64,000 nt of DNA from a virus, in the IMG/VR virus record IMGVR_UViG_3300045988_010351. The stretch is one strand, 5' to 3'. How positions within the stretch are numbered: position 1 is the stretch's first letter; each line of letters opens with the position of its first letter. Position numbers and translations under genes: made by a program. The notes under the pieces were generated by a model. That model saw only the letters and a program-made list of their open reading frames with translations. It had not been told where the DNA came from and did no database searches. Shown here in pieces: positions 54,402 to 63,404 of this stretch.

Positions 54402-56944
54402 ATTCTTCTATCTCTTTGTTTTGGTTGTTTTGGTTGTCTTATCTGATTTATATAGTTTACATAATCAAAGAACCCAGGAGTATAATAAGACTCTTTCTGA
54501 CTTTCAGTATTAAATGCTAATGGAAGAGTTTCAATGTTGTCTTGTATTACTGGATTACTTTCTATAATAGGTTGAACTGCTGGAGTTATATCTAAAGGGG
54601 TAGCTAAAGGAGTAGTCTCTTGTACAGGAACATAAGCCCCAAGCATAGACCTTTCTTTCTTTCTTCTATTAGCTAATCCTCTATACTTCTTATCTCCAGA
54701 AGCCCACATAGTACCTTTAACATCTTCAATAGTTGCATTACCTTGTAGATACTTAGCTAATGTAGGAGCAGTTCTTGTCTTAAATCTTCCTGTTCCAACA
54801 TTATAAGCAAAACTATATAATCCATCTAATTGCTCTTGACTTAGTTTCTCTAAAGCACCTTCAGGGAGTACTTGATTAAACATAGTATCCATTCTATCAA
54901 AAGGAACATTAGTTCTCATAGTAGAGCCTTCCCAAGTAGATATTTGTTTTCTAATATTGCTTGATGACCTATATCTAGTTGCTTTTTTACCTCCATCAGC
55001 AAATAAATTACCACCTAATGCTTTTTGATTTCCTTCATAACGATTTACATAATCATAATTAAAATCATCAAATCTTCCAGCTCTATCTCTATACATCCAA
55101 CCTGTACCTAATTCATTTGGAATAAGTTCTGTATGATTACCATTTGGAGTAACTGTTATTTCAGGTAATTGATAAGCACCATCATACATAACTTTTGTTG
55201 CTCCTCTATTATAGTCTAAATCTGAACCTAAATAATCTAATACTCTATCTGTGTTTTCAGGTACAGCTTGTCTTGCAGACATATTAAATATTTTATCATT
55301 ATTAAGCCAAGAATTAGCGCCTAAATCAGGATAAGTAGCATGATTTGGTGTTTTATAAATACCACTTCTACCTTCATCATCAAAATGACCATGCCCTCCT
55401 TTTTCAATAGACTCTAGTTGCCTATAAGCTCTATCTGGATCATCATTATAATACTTTTGATAATCATAATTATCTTGACTTAAATCTTGATTACCCCATG
55501 CTTTAGATAATCTAGTAGAAAAATCTTTATATGATTTTTTAAGTGGTCCTCCCCCTTTCCTAATCCTTTTCCAATTATGTGCGGCATTTCTATCAAAAAT
55601 AGAAAAACTTTGTGGAAATTTTTCTAATGGATTACTATTAGGATATTCACCTACACTATAACCATGCGAAGATAAAAAGTCACTGACTTGCTTATTTACC
55701 CAAATATTATTATTATCAACATCCTCTATAGATAATGGGTATTTACTCCTAGCATTTACTTTTTTATCTATTCCAGCATTAACTATTTTTCTTAGGTCTT
55801 CTTTGAAAGCACTACTTTCATTTGGAAATATTAAATCTATAGCATCAACATTGTTATCTGTACCAAGACCAAATTTAAGTACTTTATATTTTCTAGTATA
55901 TTTACCAGGAACACCTTGTACATCTGAGCCAGTTAAAGGAGTAAATTTCAGTTTCTTTAGAGATTTAGGAGAATATGCAGCTTTCAAGTATCTCTCTGTT
56001 AATGGGCTATCAATTTTTAATAAACTCATAGGGTCTCCTTTGCCAATAGGAGTAAACATATTATATCCATTACTACCCCTATCAAAAAATTCAAAACTAG
56101 GTCTTTTAACATACCCTTTATAAATAACATTTCCGAAATTAGAATTATAATCAGGATAGGGAGATACATGTAATCCTGCATCATTTTTAGTAGCTACATT
56201 AAAATTAGCTATATCAAATGGTTCAGGAGAATGATGATATACCTTCATATATCTTGGGTCTAGTTCATATCTTAAATCTGAATTTAGTAGTCTTTGTCCA
56301 AGAACTTTACCTCCCTTTAATATATAATTAAAGGCCGCATCCCCCAAAGCACTTTCAAAAGCATTGTTTATAGAAGATAAAGGATAACGTGCTCCAAAAT
56401 TTAATTGTTGGTTTGCTATTACAGGATTATAATTAAAACTATTTTGATTCATTGTATATGGGGAACCCATAGCAGCATTTAGAGCCGCAACTTCAAAATA
56501 GTTTTGTTTATTTCTTTCGGCTTCTTCTTTAGAAACAGTAGGTCTATAACTATCATCATAAAATCCAGCTTGTGTTTTCTGCTGTAAGTTATCCTGTGCC
56601 ATCTGTTTCCATACCTCAGCCATTTCTGGATGCTCTTTCTTGAACCTGTTTAACCAAGTTCTTTTACCTGTTACTGTGGCTTCTGATAAACCAATTGCAG
56701 CATCACGGCCTACAATTTTACCATTACCATCTATTGCAAAACCTTCTCCTGTAGATTTGTCTACATGCAAACTAAGTTTAGGAAGAGTCTTATCAGAGCC
56801 TTTTAATTCTTCATTCCTAGTATCTCCTCCCATTGCAAATTTATTATATATCCCTCTAATAGTATCTAAATCAGTAATACCATTCTCAATTCCTAATTTT
56901 ATATAGGAGGCTCTATCTTTCATGGATAAATCATTCCAACTCAT
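54386..56944 (-). CDS. virion-associated protein (852 aa) with C-terminal P22/T4-type lysozyme-like (GH24-like) region
   Basis: LSQEQLDGLYSFAYNVGTGRF...WASGDKKYRGLANRRKKERSMLGAY parallels P22 gp19 LNQNQYDALCSLIFNIGKSAF...WKKAGKD...LLPRRRRERALF. An upstream WEGSTMRTNVPFD may be the catalytic Glu/Asp region, though the TIGxGH segment is missing or degenerate. + coords about 54630-54940. Confidence 0.5.
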   Translation of the reverse strand: MSWNDLSMKDRASYIKLGIENGITDLDTIRGIYNKFAMGGDTRNEELKGSDKTLPKLSLHVDKSTGEGFAIDGNGKIVGRDAAIGLSEATVTGKRTWLNRFKKEHPEMAEVWKQMAQDNLQQKTQAGFYDDSYRPTVSKEEAERNKQNYFEVAALNAAMGSPYTMNQNSFNYNPVIANQQLNFGARYPLSSINNAFESALGDAAFNYILKGGKVLGQRLLNSDLRYELDPRYMKVYHHSPEPFDIANFNVATKNDAGLHVSPYPDYNSNFGNVIYKGYVKRPSFEFFDRGSNGYNMFTPIGKGDPMSLLKIDSPLTERYLKAAYSPKSLKKLKFTPLTGSDVQGVPGKYTRKYKVLKFGLGTDNNVDAIDLIFPNESSAFKEDLRKIVNAGIDKKVNARSKYPLSIEDVDNNNIWVNKQVSDFLSSHGYSVGEYPNSNPLEKFPQSFSIFDRNAAHNWKRIRKGGGPLKKSYKDFSTRLSKAWGNQDLSQDNYDYQKYYNDDPDRAYRQLESIEKGGHGHFDDEGRSGIYKTPNHATYPDLGANSWLNNDKIFNMSARQAVPENTDRVLDYLGSDLDYNRGATKVMYDGAYQLPEITVTPNGNHTELIPNELGTGWMYRDRAGRFDDFNYDYVNRYEGNQKALGGNLFADGGKKATRYRSSSNIRKQISTWEGSTMRTNVPFDRMDTMFNQVLPEGALEKLSQEQLDGLYSFAYNVGTGRFKTRTAPTLAKYLQGNATIEDVKGTMWASGDKKYRGLANRRKKERSMLGAYVPVQETTPLATPLDITPAVQPIIESNPVIQDNIETLPLAFNTESQKESYYTPGFFDYVNYINQIRQPKQPKQRDRRIWLTI

Positions 56945-56945
56945 A

Positions 56946-57530
56946 TTATTTCTTATTTAGTAGGAAGGCATCTATCTTGCCATCCTTAATATTCTTTATA
57001 AGAGCCTTCTTTAATTCTCTATTAACCTTAAATTCATAGAAGACTTGATTATTATATTTTGCTAACTGTTTATTATAGTAGACCTTAAAGATTTCTTTTT
57101 CCTCCACTTTAACCAGTGTTTTTTCCTTATAGGCTTCCTCATCTTCATACCATAATTTAAGAGTTTTATCCCAGTCTATAGGTAAGTTAGTCTTGACTTT
57201 TTCTCCATCAAGACTAACTCTCACATCGTATTTCCTTAGCTCTATTCTACCCATTCTATGTGGCAACTTAATATCATTACCTTGAAGAAAACTATCAGCT
57301 AAGTAATTATTGACTTTCCTTATAATGCTATAGAACTCATGTTCTGTAAGACATTTTCCTATATTAAGCCATCTATTCTTTCTTATCCACTTGTAAGCAT
57401 CATATACCCCCAATGAGTTATTGACTTTAGACTTTCTTGTATTTTTCAGATGTAAAATTTTAGACCTAAATTCTTCATAGGCCATACTTTCATCAACTAC
57501 CTTATTTCTGCTTTCTTCAAGGCCAATCAT
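56946..57530 (-). CDS. basic Lys-rich protein (194 aa), possible DNA-binding (IHF/HU-like?)
   Basis: Very basic. HRMGRIELRKYDVRVSLDGEK is vaguely HU/IHF-arm-like. crAss-like structural modules are reported to contain IHF-like genes. Weak. Confidence 0.4.
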   Translation of the reverse strand: MIGLEESRNKVVDESMAYEEFRSKILHLKNTRKSKVNNSLGVYDAYKWIRKNRWLNIGKCLTEHEFYSIIRKVNNYLADSFLQGNDIKLPHRMGRIELRKYDVRVSLDGEKVKTNLPIDWDKTLKLWYEDEEAYKEKTLVKVEEKEIFKVYYNKQLAKYNNQVFYEFKVNRELKKALIKNIKDGKIDAFLLNKK

Positions 57531-58258
57531 TATTCAAGTGCTTTTGCTAAATTAGACTTTGTATTAAGTTTAAGGAATGTAGCTAAGTCAGCTAAAGCAT
57601 CGTTAGCATCATTGCTATCATCTTTAGGTCTATATTCAGCACCCAATAACTCCTTAACCACAAATTCAATTAGGGGAGGCACTAATGCAGACTCTATAGG
57701 AAACTCTCTATCTAATATATCACATGTTGTATTACCACTTCCATCAGGACATTGTAACTCTGATGCAGCTTTAGGGTCTTCAAATATACCTGTCATTCTT
57801 ACCTTTTCAAGATACAAGTATTGTGGATTGAAAGACTTAAAATATAGATAATTGTCTGGGCCAATAGAAGCATAGATAATATTCTTCAGATATTTATTAT
57901 ATCCTACATACCTCATCCTTTCTCTACTTATATAAGCAATCTCTCCTTGATAATAATCAATTGGATAAATCTTGGGATTGCCTATCTTCATTAGAAAAGG
58001 TATCTGTTCTTTACTTCTTAGATAAGAACCTCCTTCACAGGGTTCACCTGATATAGCAGGTACTTCTACCAAATCTAAGCATATAGTTTGGTAATTACTC
58101 TCAGGTATCTGCTTCTTTATATCTGAGTATTTCTGCTTCAAAAGGAGTGTTCTGTATTTTCCTAATAGGAATATTACGTGTTCTTCAGTATATGAAGCAT
58201 CATCAGAATAAAGCTTCAATTCATCCAAACACATATATACTAATTCTTTATATGTCAT
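57530..58258 (-). CDS. hypothetical structural-module protein (242 aa)
   Basis: ORF preceded by a Bacteroidetes-type promoter. Confidence 0.5.
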   Translation of the reverse strand: MTYKELVYMCLDELKLYSDDASYTEEHVIFLLGKYRTLLLKQKYSDIKKQIPESNYQTICLDLVEVPAISGEPCEGGSYLRSKEQIPFLMKIGNPKIYPIDYYQGEIAYISRERMRYVGYNKYLKNIIYASIGPDNYLYFKSFNPQYLYLEKVRMTGIFEDPKAASELQCPDGSGNTTCDILDREFPIESALVPPLIEFVVKELLGAEYRPKDDSNDANDALADLATFLKLNTKSNLAKALE

Positions 58259-58286
58259 AATTATATTAGTTATGATAAATAATTAA

Positions 58287-58325
58287 AGCACTGCAAATAT
58301 AAATAAAATTTTTTATATTCGCAAT
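58287..58325 (-). promoter_or_regulatory. Bacteroidetes-type promoter (-33 ATTG, -7 TATATTTG)
   Basis: On the - strand, TATATTTG (+ coords 58294-58301) is a perfect TAnnTTTG. ATTG lies 20 nt upstream (+ 58322-58325). The region also forms an imperfect 16 bp inverted repeat (58285-58330). Confidence 0.45.
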
Positions 58326-58358
58326 GCTTTAATCCCCTTTATATATAGATTATAACTA

Positions 58359-58721
58359 TTATATTTTTATCCTAATGTTTGAATCTTCAGTACTTCTAAT
58401 AATAGAGTCCTCAGTAATCCTACACTTTATATACTCTAAGTAGTTAGAATTATAATGAAAAAGAGAATCATATGTAGCATATGATGGTAAGTCAATAAGG
58501 CAATTATTGCCCATTATACAATATAATGCGTTTGTTATTGACTTATAATCACTTTCTGTTATATAGAAAGAAAACTCACTTGTTAGCAATTCTTCTATAA
58601 ATAAAAGAACTAATAACTTAGATACATCATCATAATTTTTATATCCTAACTTAGATAAAGCATTAAAGTATCTCTTTAGAGCCTCTTCTGCAATATTAGT
58701 TATATCATCCATAGCATCCAC
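58359..58721 (-). CDS. hypothetical protein (120 aa)
   Basis: ORF overlapping the upstream gene by 17 nt. Confidence 0.35.
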   Translation of the reverse strand: MDAMDDITNIAEEALKRYFNALSKLGYKNYDDVSKLLVLLFIEELLTSEFSFYITESDYKSITNALYCIMGNNCLIDLPSYATYDSLFHYNSNYLEYIKCRITEDSIIRSTEDSNIRIKI

Positions 58722-59256
58722 AATTTTTAGTAACAGAAGTATTTTTTATTTTAGAGAAATACTTTTTCCAATACTTTATAACTAGAGGGTAATTACCCGT
58801 CTTAATTCCTATTTCTATAGCCTTAAATCTAAGAATAGTATCTATAAATTCTTTTGGAATAGTACAATTTTTTTCTACTTCCCTTATATATGATAGCATA
58901 CTATTATAAGCATCTTGTAAATTTATTACTGTTCCCATTATTTTACTGTTGTCAAATCCACAAGGAGTGTTAGCAGCAGGAGTGCCAGTAGCTATTACAT
59001 AGATAAATAATATATCAGAATGACAATTTATATTGAGAGCATTAATAGGTAACTCAAGTCTTACTTGCTTTTTATTATCTGAGCTGTAAGTATAAATAGG
59101 AGAAGAACTTGGGCCATTAGCAACAAAAGTATCTTGATTATCTATAACAATACTACCAATAAATACATTATCATAATAATCTAGGCTATCTACAGCAGCA
59201 TCAATTAAAAGGTATTTATTATCTTTTGAATACCTTAGCTCATTAAAGTGTAACAT
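58705..59256 (-). CDS. hypothetical structural-module protein (183 aa)
   Basis: ORF. AAAGGA element 8 nt upstream of the ATG. Confidence 0.45.
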   Translation of the reverse strand: MLHFNELRYSKDNKYLLIDAAVDSLDYYDNVFIGSIVIDNQDTFVANGPSSSPIYTYSSDNKKQVRLELPINALNINCHSDILFIYVIATGTPAANTPCGFDNSKIMGTVINLQDAYNSMLSYIREVEKNCTIPKEFIDTILRFKAIEIGIKTGNYPLVIKYWKKYFSKIKNTSVTKNCGCYG

Positions 59257-59272
59257 AGCTTATCCTTTTAAT

Positions 59273-59312
59273 ATTATAAATAAAATAAGGGAGACTTAAT
59301 AGCCTCCCTTAT
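59273..59312 (-). terminator. intrinsic terminator after putative major capsid gene
   Basis: On the - strand: TAAGGGAG-GCTATTAAGT-CTCCCTTA (9 bp stem; + coords 59285-59312), followed by TTTTATTTAT. Confidence 0.6.
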
Positions 59313-59321
59313 AAATCTTGT

Positions 59322-60347
59322 TTATCTTTCAGAAGTATCAAGAGCAGCTATAGTTAAACCTGTTGCAGTATTAATAGCTGTTATAATGCTATTAGCAAGA
59401 ACATTGCTCACATTATTCTTATCACCTACCTTTGGTACTACAAGAGTAATTGTCTTTTCAGACTTCTGAACTGATTCATTACTACCTACATAAGCATAGT
59501 GAATATCAATCACATTATACTTAACAGTTGGGTCTACAAGATAAGTAGTATCAATATTATTGGGCCAACCAATCTTTCTATATTGATCACCTCTCTCACC
59601 CATGCAGAAGTACTCAAGGTCTGCAATCTTCTTACCATTAGCAATAGTGCCAGCAGGCTCAGTATCTTCTACCTTACCCCAAACTCTCTCATCACCATCT
59701 ACAGTAACAGTAGTAGGCTGTACTTCAAAATATACAGGAGTTTGCTCCATGACACCAAGTCTCCAAGGTTGCTCAATCTCATCAATAACAAGTGCCTTAT
59801 AAGTTCCAGTTAAAGCACTCTCTTTAGTATTAGCATCAACAGGAACTGCCTCATCACTAGAATTTGTTAAGACAAACTTAACAAGAGGAACTAACTCTCT
59901 GCTAAAGTTCTTAACCAGTGACAGAGCTAACTTCTTATAGAAATCCGAAGCTGTCATGCCTGCATAAGCATGTACCATACCATACTTGAAGTATTGGTCC
60001 TCATCAGACATACCTACATACTGTCTGAATGCAATTCTAAGTATGTAATCCTGTCCAGCTACAGGAGCACCTGCATTTACTTCATTGTCAAGAGTTACTG
60101 TAACTGCCTTTAACTCGTGTGCCATAGAATCAGCATCAGTAGCCTTAGCATAAAGGATATTCTTGGTGTCAATTAGGTCACTTCTCATCAAGTTGTCAGC
60201 ACCCTTGTATTCAAAATACAGATGATTCTTAGCTTTATCATTCTTTACTGCAATAGAACCAGCAGCATCAGATGCAAGTACATGAGGATTCTTCAATTCT
60301 TTTGCCACATAAAGCTGTCTTACTTGATTTGTACTAAATGTTGCCAT
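59322..60347 (-). CDS. putative major capsid protein (341 aa)
   Basis: Ala/Val/Thr/Gly-rich, no Cys, composition and codon use like a highly expressed structural protein. Immediately followed by a strong terminator. Size compatible with a minimal HK97-fold MCP (compare T7 gp10A, 345 aa). No motif-level proof. Confidence 0.35.
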   Translation of the reverse strand: MATFSTNQVRQLYVAKELKNPHVLASDAAGSIAVKNDKAKNHLYFEYKGADNLMRSDLIDTKNILYAKATDADSMAHELKAVTVTLDNEVNAGAPVAGQDYILRIAFRQYVGMSDEDQYFKYGMVHAYAGMTASDFYKKLALSLVKNFSRELVPLVKFVLTNSSDEAVPVDANTKESALTGTYKALVIDEIEQPWRLGVMEQTPVYFEVQPTTVTVDGDERVWGKVEDTEPAGTIANGKKIADLEYFCMGERGDQYRKIGWPNNIDTTYLVDPTVKYNVIDIHYAYVGSNESVQKSEKTITLVVPKVGDKNNVSNVLANSIITAINTATGLTIAALDTSER

Positions 60348-60377
60348 TTTAATTTAATATTAAATTATACAATAGTT

Positions 60378-61091
60378 TTATTCTTTTCCTGTATTTGGAA
60401 CCTTACTTATTATGGCAAGTTTTACTGCTCTCTCAAGTATAGCTCTATGTATTACAGGGTTTAATTCACATTCTGTTTTTGTACTTATATCATTGATTGA
60501 CAGGTCATCTGCCAAATTAGTTAATATAATAGGAACAGGTCTTGAAAGGTATCTAACAAGATAACTTTCTACATTATATTTTGATACTATCTCTACTACC
60601 TTATTACTTAAATCAAGCCTTAAAGCTTTCCTTTCATTAGCACCTCTAAAGGGATTCTTCCCTATTCTATGGTACTCATCTTGAGTAATTGGTATTACAG
60701 AGATGTCTTCACCACTCATACATCCTAATCTATCATCTTTCAAATTAACTGATTCATAGGTTATGAACCATAAGTCATCAGGTAATTCAAAGAATACAGA
60801 GGATTTGGATAGTCCTGTATATCCTACTTTCTTGTCAGTAGTTGTGTAGGTCTTTATTAAATCACTCAAGTATCTCCTAATTTCCTCAGTCTTCTCAAAT
60901 GAGTCTCCAAAAGGATTCTTACCATTATACAGGTCTATTATTATCTCTTCTTGAGCCTTAGTAAGAAATATTGATTTTTCATACTCATCAAAAGCTAAAT
61001 TATTTTTATCATAACTATCACCAAAAGCATTATTATTAGCATAAGCATTAATCAATACATCAAACTCATTACTAAATTCTAAAGTAGTCAT
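60378..61091 (-). CDS. structural protein, short paralog (237 aa) of the adjacent 405 aa gene
   Basis: N-terminus MTTLEFSNEFDVL...DEYEKSIFLTKAQEE and C-terminus NPVIHRAILERAVKLA align with MTCEEFSNEFDIL...DEYEKSVFLTRAQDD and SAEIHSEILQRAVELA of the neighbour. Confidence 0.5.
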   Translation of the reverse strand: MTTLEFSNEFDVLINAYANNNAFGDSYDKNNLAFDEYEKSIFLTKAQEEIIIDLYNGKNPFGDSFEKTEEIRRYLSDLIKTYTTTDKKVGYTGLSKSSVFFELPDDLWFITYESVNLKDDRLGCMSGEDISVIPITQDEYHRIGKNPFRGANERKALRLDLSNKVVEIVSKYNVESYLVRYLSRPVPIILTNLADDLSINDISTKTECELNPVIHRAILERAVKLAIISKVPNTGKE

Positions 61092-61096
61092 AATTA

Positions 61097-62314
61097 TTAT
61101 CTAGCTCTTTGTGTTTGTTGTGGGTCTACCCCCTGTCCTAGATTAGTAGAACTAATATTTCCTATTTGTATAGTAGAAGATAAATCTCCTGTATAAGCAG
61201 CCTTAGCTAATTCTACAGCTCTTTGTAAGATTTCAGAATGAATCTCTGCACTTAAAGCACAAGTTTGTTGTGTTTTCTGACCATTAATAGATAACCCTGC
61301 CTCAGTTAAATCTGTTAATATAATAGGAGTAGGATGAGCTAAGTATCTTAACTGATATTCTTTGAATATATTATTATACCCAAAAATTAAAACTAATGAA
61401 GTAGTATTATTGTCAGCCTCATTTTGAACTTTCCAAACTTGGTTTTTAGGAGGATTTTTGAAAGGCTTTGACATTACTCTTATATATTCAGTAGAAGTAA
61501 GAGGTACTATCTGCAACAATCTATCTTTATTAAAGACAGTATCATTGACTTTTACTTGGTCATTTATAGGAATAAATATATCAGTACCTTTAGCATAAGG
61601 AATTATAATATTGTTTTTATAATTCTCAGTAGTCCAATACGGAATAAATCTTACAAAATATTCAGTGTCCGAATCTAATTCAAAAGAATGTAGTAATGTT
61701 TTCTTAATCTTATTAGATAATCTACCATTCTTTTCTATAGTGTCTGAAGCCAATACTTCATCAAAATTTGTATAGCTAGCATCTTCATTAGTACTTCCTA
61801 TATACATACCTAAATATAAAACTTCAGTAACAACTCCATCTCCTGCATAATTAAAGGCAGATTCAACAACTTCTTTAGTAGGGATTTTTAAGAATAAAGT
61901 TCTTTTAGTGGTATCAAGATGATAATGTACATTATTATTTACATCTGCATCTCCTTTTGCATTTACATCCTGGTCTGATGTTTCAGTAATCAATTTACCT
62001 AACTCTTTAATTTTCTTTAGGTATCCTATTAAGTAACGAGTTATACCATTAGCTAATTTATTTACCTCACTATCAGAAAGGTACTTATAAATATACTTTC
62101 TATATAAAGTACTAAAGTCAACATTTCTCTTCAAAGAGCTATCGAATCCTTCAAAATCTTTATTACCTTTAGGAGTAAAATATCTTTTAACTATATCATC
62201 CTGTGCCCTAGTAAGAAAAACACTTTTTTCATACTCATCTAACCCAGGAGCTTGATTTGACATTACATTATTATATAGTATGTCAAACTCATTTGAAAAT
62301 TCTTCACAAGTCAT
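61097..62314 (-). CDS. structural protein, long paralog (405 aa) with large central insertion
   Basis: Shares conserved N- and C-terminal blocks with the 237 aa gene. Middle region unique. Confidence 0.5.
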   Translation of the reverse strand: MTCEEFSNEFDILYNNVMSNQAPGLDEYEKSVFLTRAQDDIVKRYFTPKGNKDFEGFDSSLKRNVDFSTLYRKYIYKYLSDSEVNKLANGITRYLIGYLKKIKELGKLITETSDQDVNAKGDADVNNNVHYHLDTTKRTLFLKIPTKEVVESAFNYAGDGVVTEVLYLGMYIGSTNEDASYTNFDEVLASDTIEKNGRLSNKIKKTLLHSFELDSDTEYFVRFIPYWTTENYKNNIIIPYAKGTDIFIPINDQVKVNDTVFNKDRLLQIVPLTSTEYIRVMSKPFKNPPKNQVWKVQNEADNNTTSLVLIFGYNNIFKEYQLRYLAHPTPIILTDLTEAGLSINGQKTQQTCALSAEIHSEILQRAVELAKAAYTGDLSSTIQIGNISSTNLGQGVDPQQTQRAR

Positions 62315-62315
62315 A

Positions 62316-63338
62316 TTACTTCAATTTAGCTTCCAAAGCAAACTTAACTTCTTGATGCTTAGGAGAGTTTAAGTATTTAGCTGCTACATTCAATGTAGGC
62401 TCTTCATTAGCCTCACAAAGTGGAGTATTGTCCTTTCTCAAGTATAGATAATTACCTCTATTAGAAATAAGACCTGCTTCTATAGCTTTCTTAATAAGAA
62501 CCTTTGTAGAAAGCATTGGGTCAGTAATAACCTTCAAGAATATCTTACTATCAGCCTGTATTAAGCTATTAACCTTAGTTTGTAAGAACTCAAGTTTAGC
62601 ATTCTGTGATGTTGGTCTACCATCAATAGTCTCAATAATAACTCTTAGTAGATCAATATTATCTTCAATCTTACCAAATTCCTTATAGCACATCATTGTA
62701 GTGCTCATGTTGTTCTTGGCAACCTTAGTTTCCTCACCTTCAGAAATAATAACAAACTGATAAGTAGCCTTAGGAGTATCTTGCAATGCTTGCAGTGAAG
62801 GAGCAATATAATCTTTGTTAGCTAATAGTATCTTGTATCTGATGTAATCCTCTGGGTCAGATAGATTGAAATAGTTATCCTGCTTTGTCAATCTTACCTT
62901 ATTAATACCATTCTCATTGGAATCATCCCAGAAGTTATCTACCTTCTTATAGATACTTAGTGCATTATATTCAAGGCCCATTATTTCCTCAAGAAATGCC
63001 TTTTCCTTGTCTGTAAGGACATTAACAAACATACCTGAAGATAGTCTTGGTACTACAAATGTTCTAACTGCACCTTCTGCCATACCTCCTGACAATACAT
63101 GCTTAGGGTTATTACCCCACATACCTGTCAGCTTAGGTACATGTCTTACAATAACTCTCTCATTTCTCAGACAACTAACTAAGGCATCATCAGATACCTC
63201 TATTTTCTTCTGTGTCTCCTTAGGTCTTTTTACAATAGCCTCTTCTTTTGGTACTTCCTGTAGTGGAGTCTCTGTATTGTCTATATCAAAGTTAGGTACA
63301 GTATAGTCCACCTTCTCTTCCATTTTCTTTTCTGCCAT
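62316..63338 (-). CDS. hypothetical structural-module protein (340 aa), charged N-terminus
   Basis: ORF. Glu/Lys-rich N-terminal 60 aa. Its position relative to the capsid candidate allows a scaffold-like role, but that is unsupported. Confidence 0.45.
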   Translation of the reverse strand: MAEKKMEEKVDYTVPNFDIDNTETPLQEVPKEEAIVKRPKETQKKIEVSDDALVSCLRNERVIVRHVPKLTGMWGNNPKHVLSGGMAEGAVRTFVVPRLSSGMFVNVLTDKEKAFLEEIMGLEYNALSIYKKVDNFWDDSNENGINKVRLTKQDNYFNLSDPEDYIRYKILLANKDYIAPSLQALQDTPKATYQFVIISEGEETKVAKNNMSTTMMCYKEFGKIEDNIDLLRVIIETIDGRPTSQNAKLEFLQTKVNSLIQADSKIFLKVITDPMLSTKVLIKKAIEAGLISNRGNYLYLRKDNTPLCEANEEPTLNVAAKYLNSPKHQEVKFALEAKLK

Positions 63339-63356
63339 ATCTTCTCTTTAACTTAT

Positions 63357-63398
63357 TGAAATAAAATAAGGGGAGGGAAGATTAACTTTCCTCCCCTT
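63357..63398 (-). terminator. intrinsic terminator after the 196 aa gene
   Basis: GGGGAGGGAAG (63370-63380) pairs with CTTTCCTCCCC (63386-63396): 11 bp with one G-U. Loop ATTAA. On the - strand it is followed by TTATTTTATTTC. Confidence 0.6.
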
Positions 63399-63404
63399 TT
63401 ATCA

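Noticed and set aside
58285-58330. Imperfect 16 bp inverted repeat (AAAGCACTGCAAATAT / ATATTCGCAATGCTTT) as a terminator
   Set aside because: Two A-C/C-A mismatches and a 14-nt loop make it a poor terminator. The region instead contains a perfect -7 box and a spaced -33 element, so it was called a promoter.
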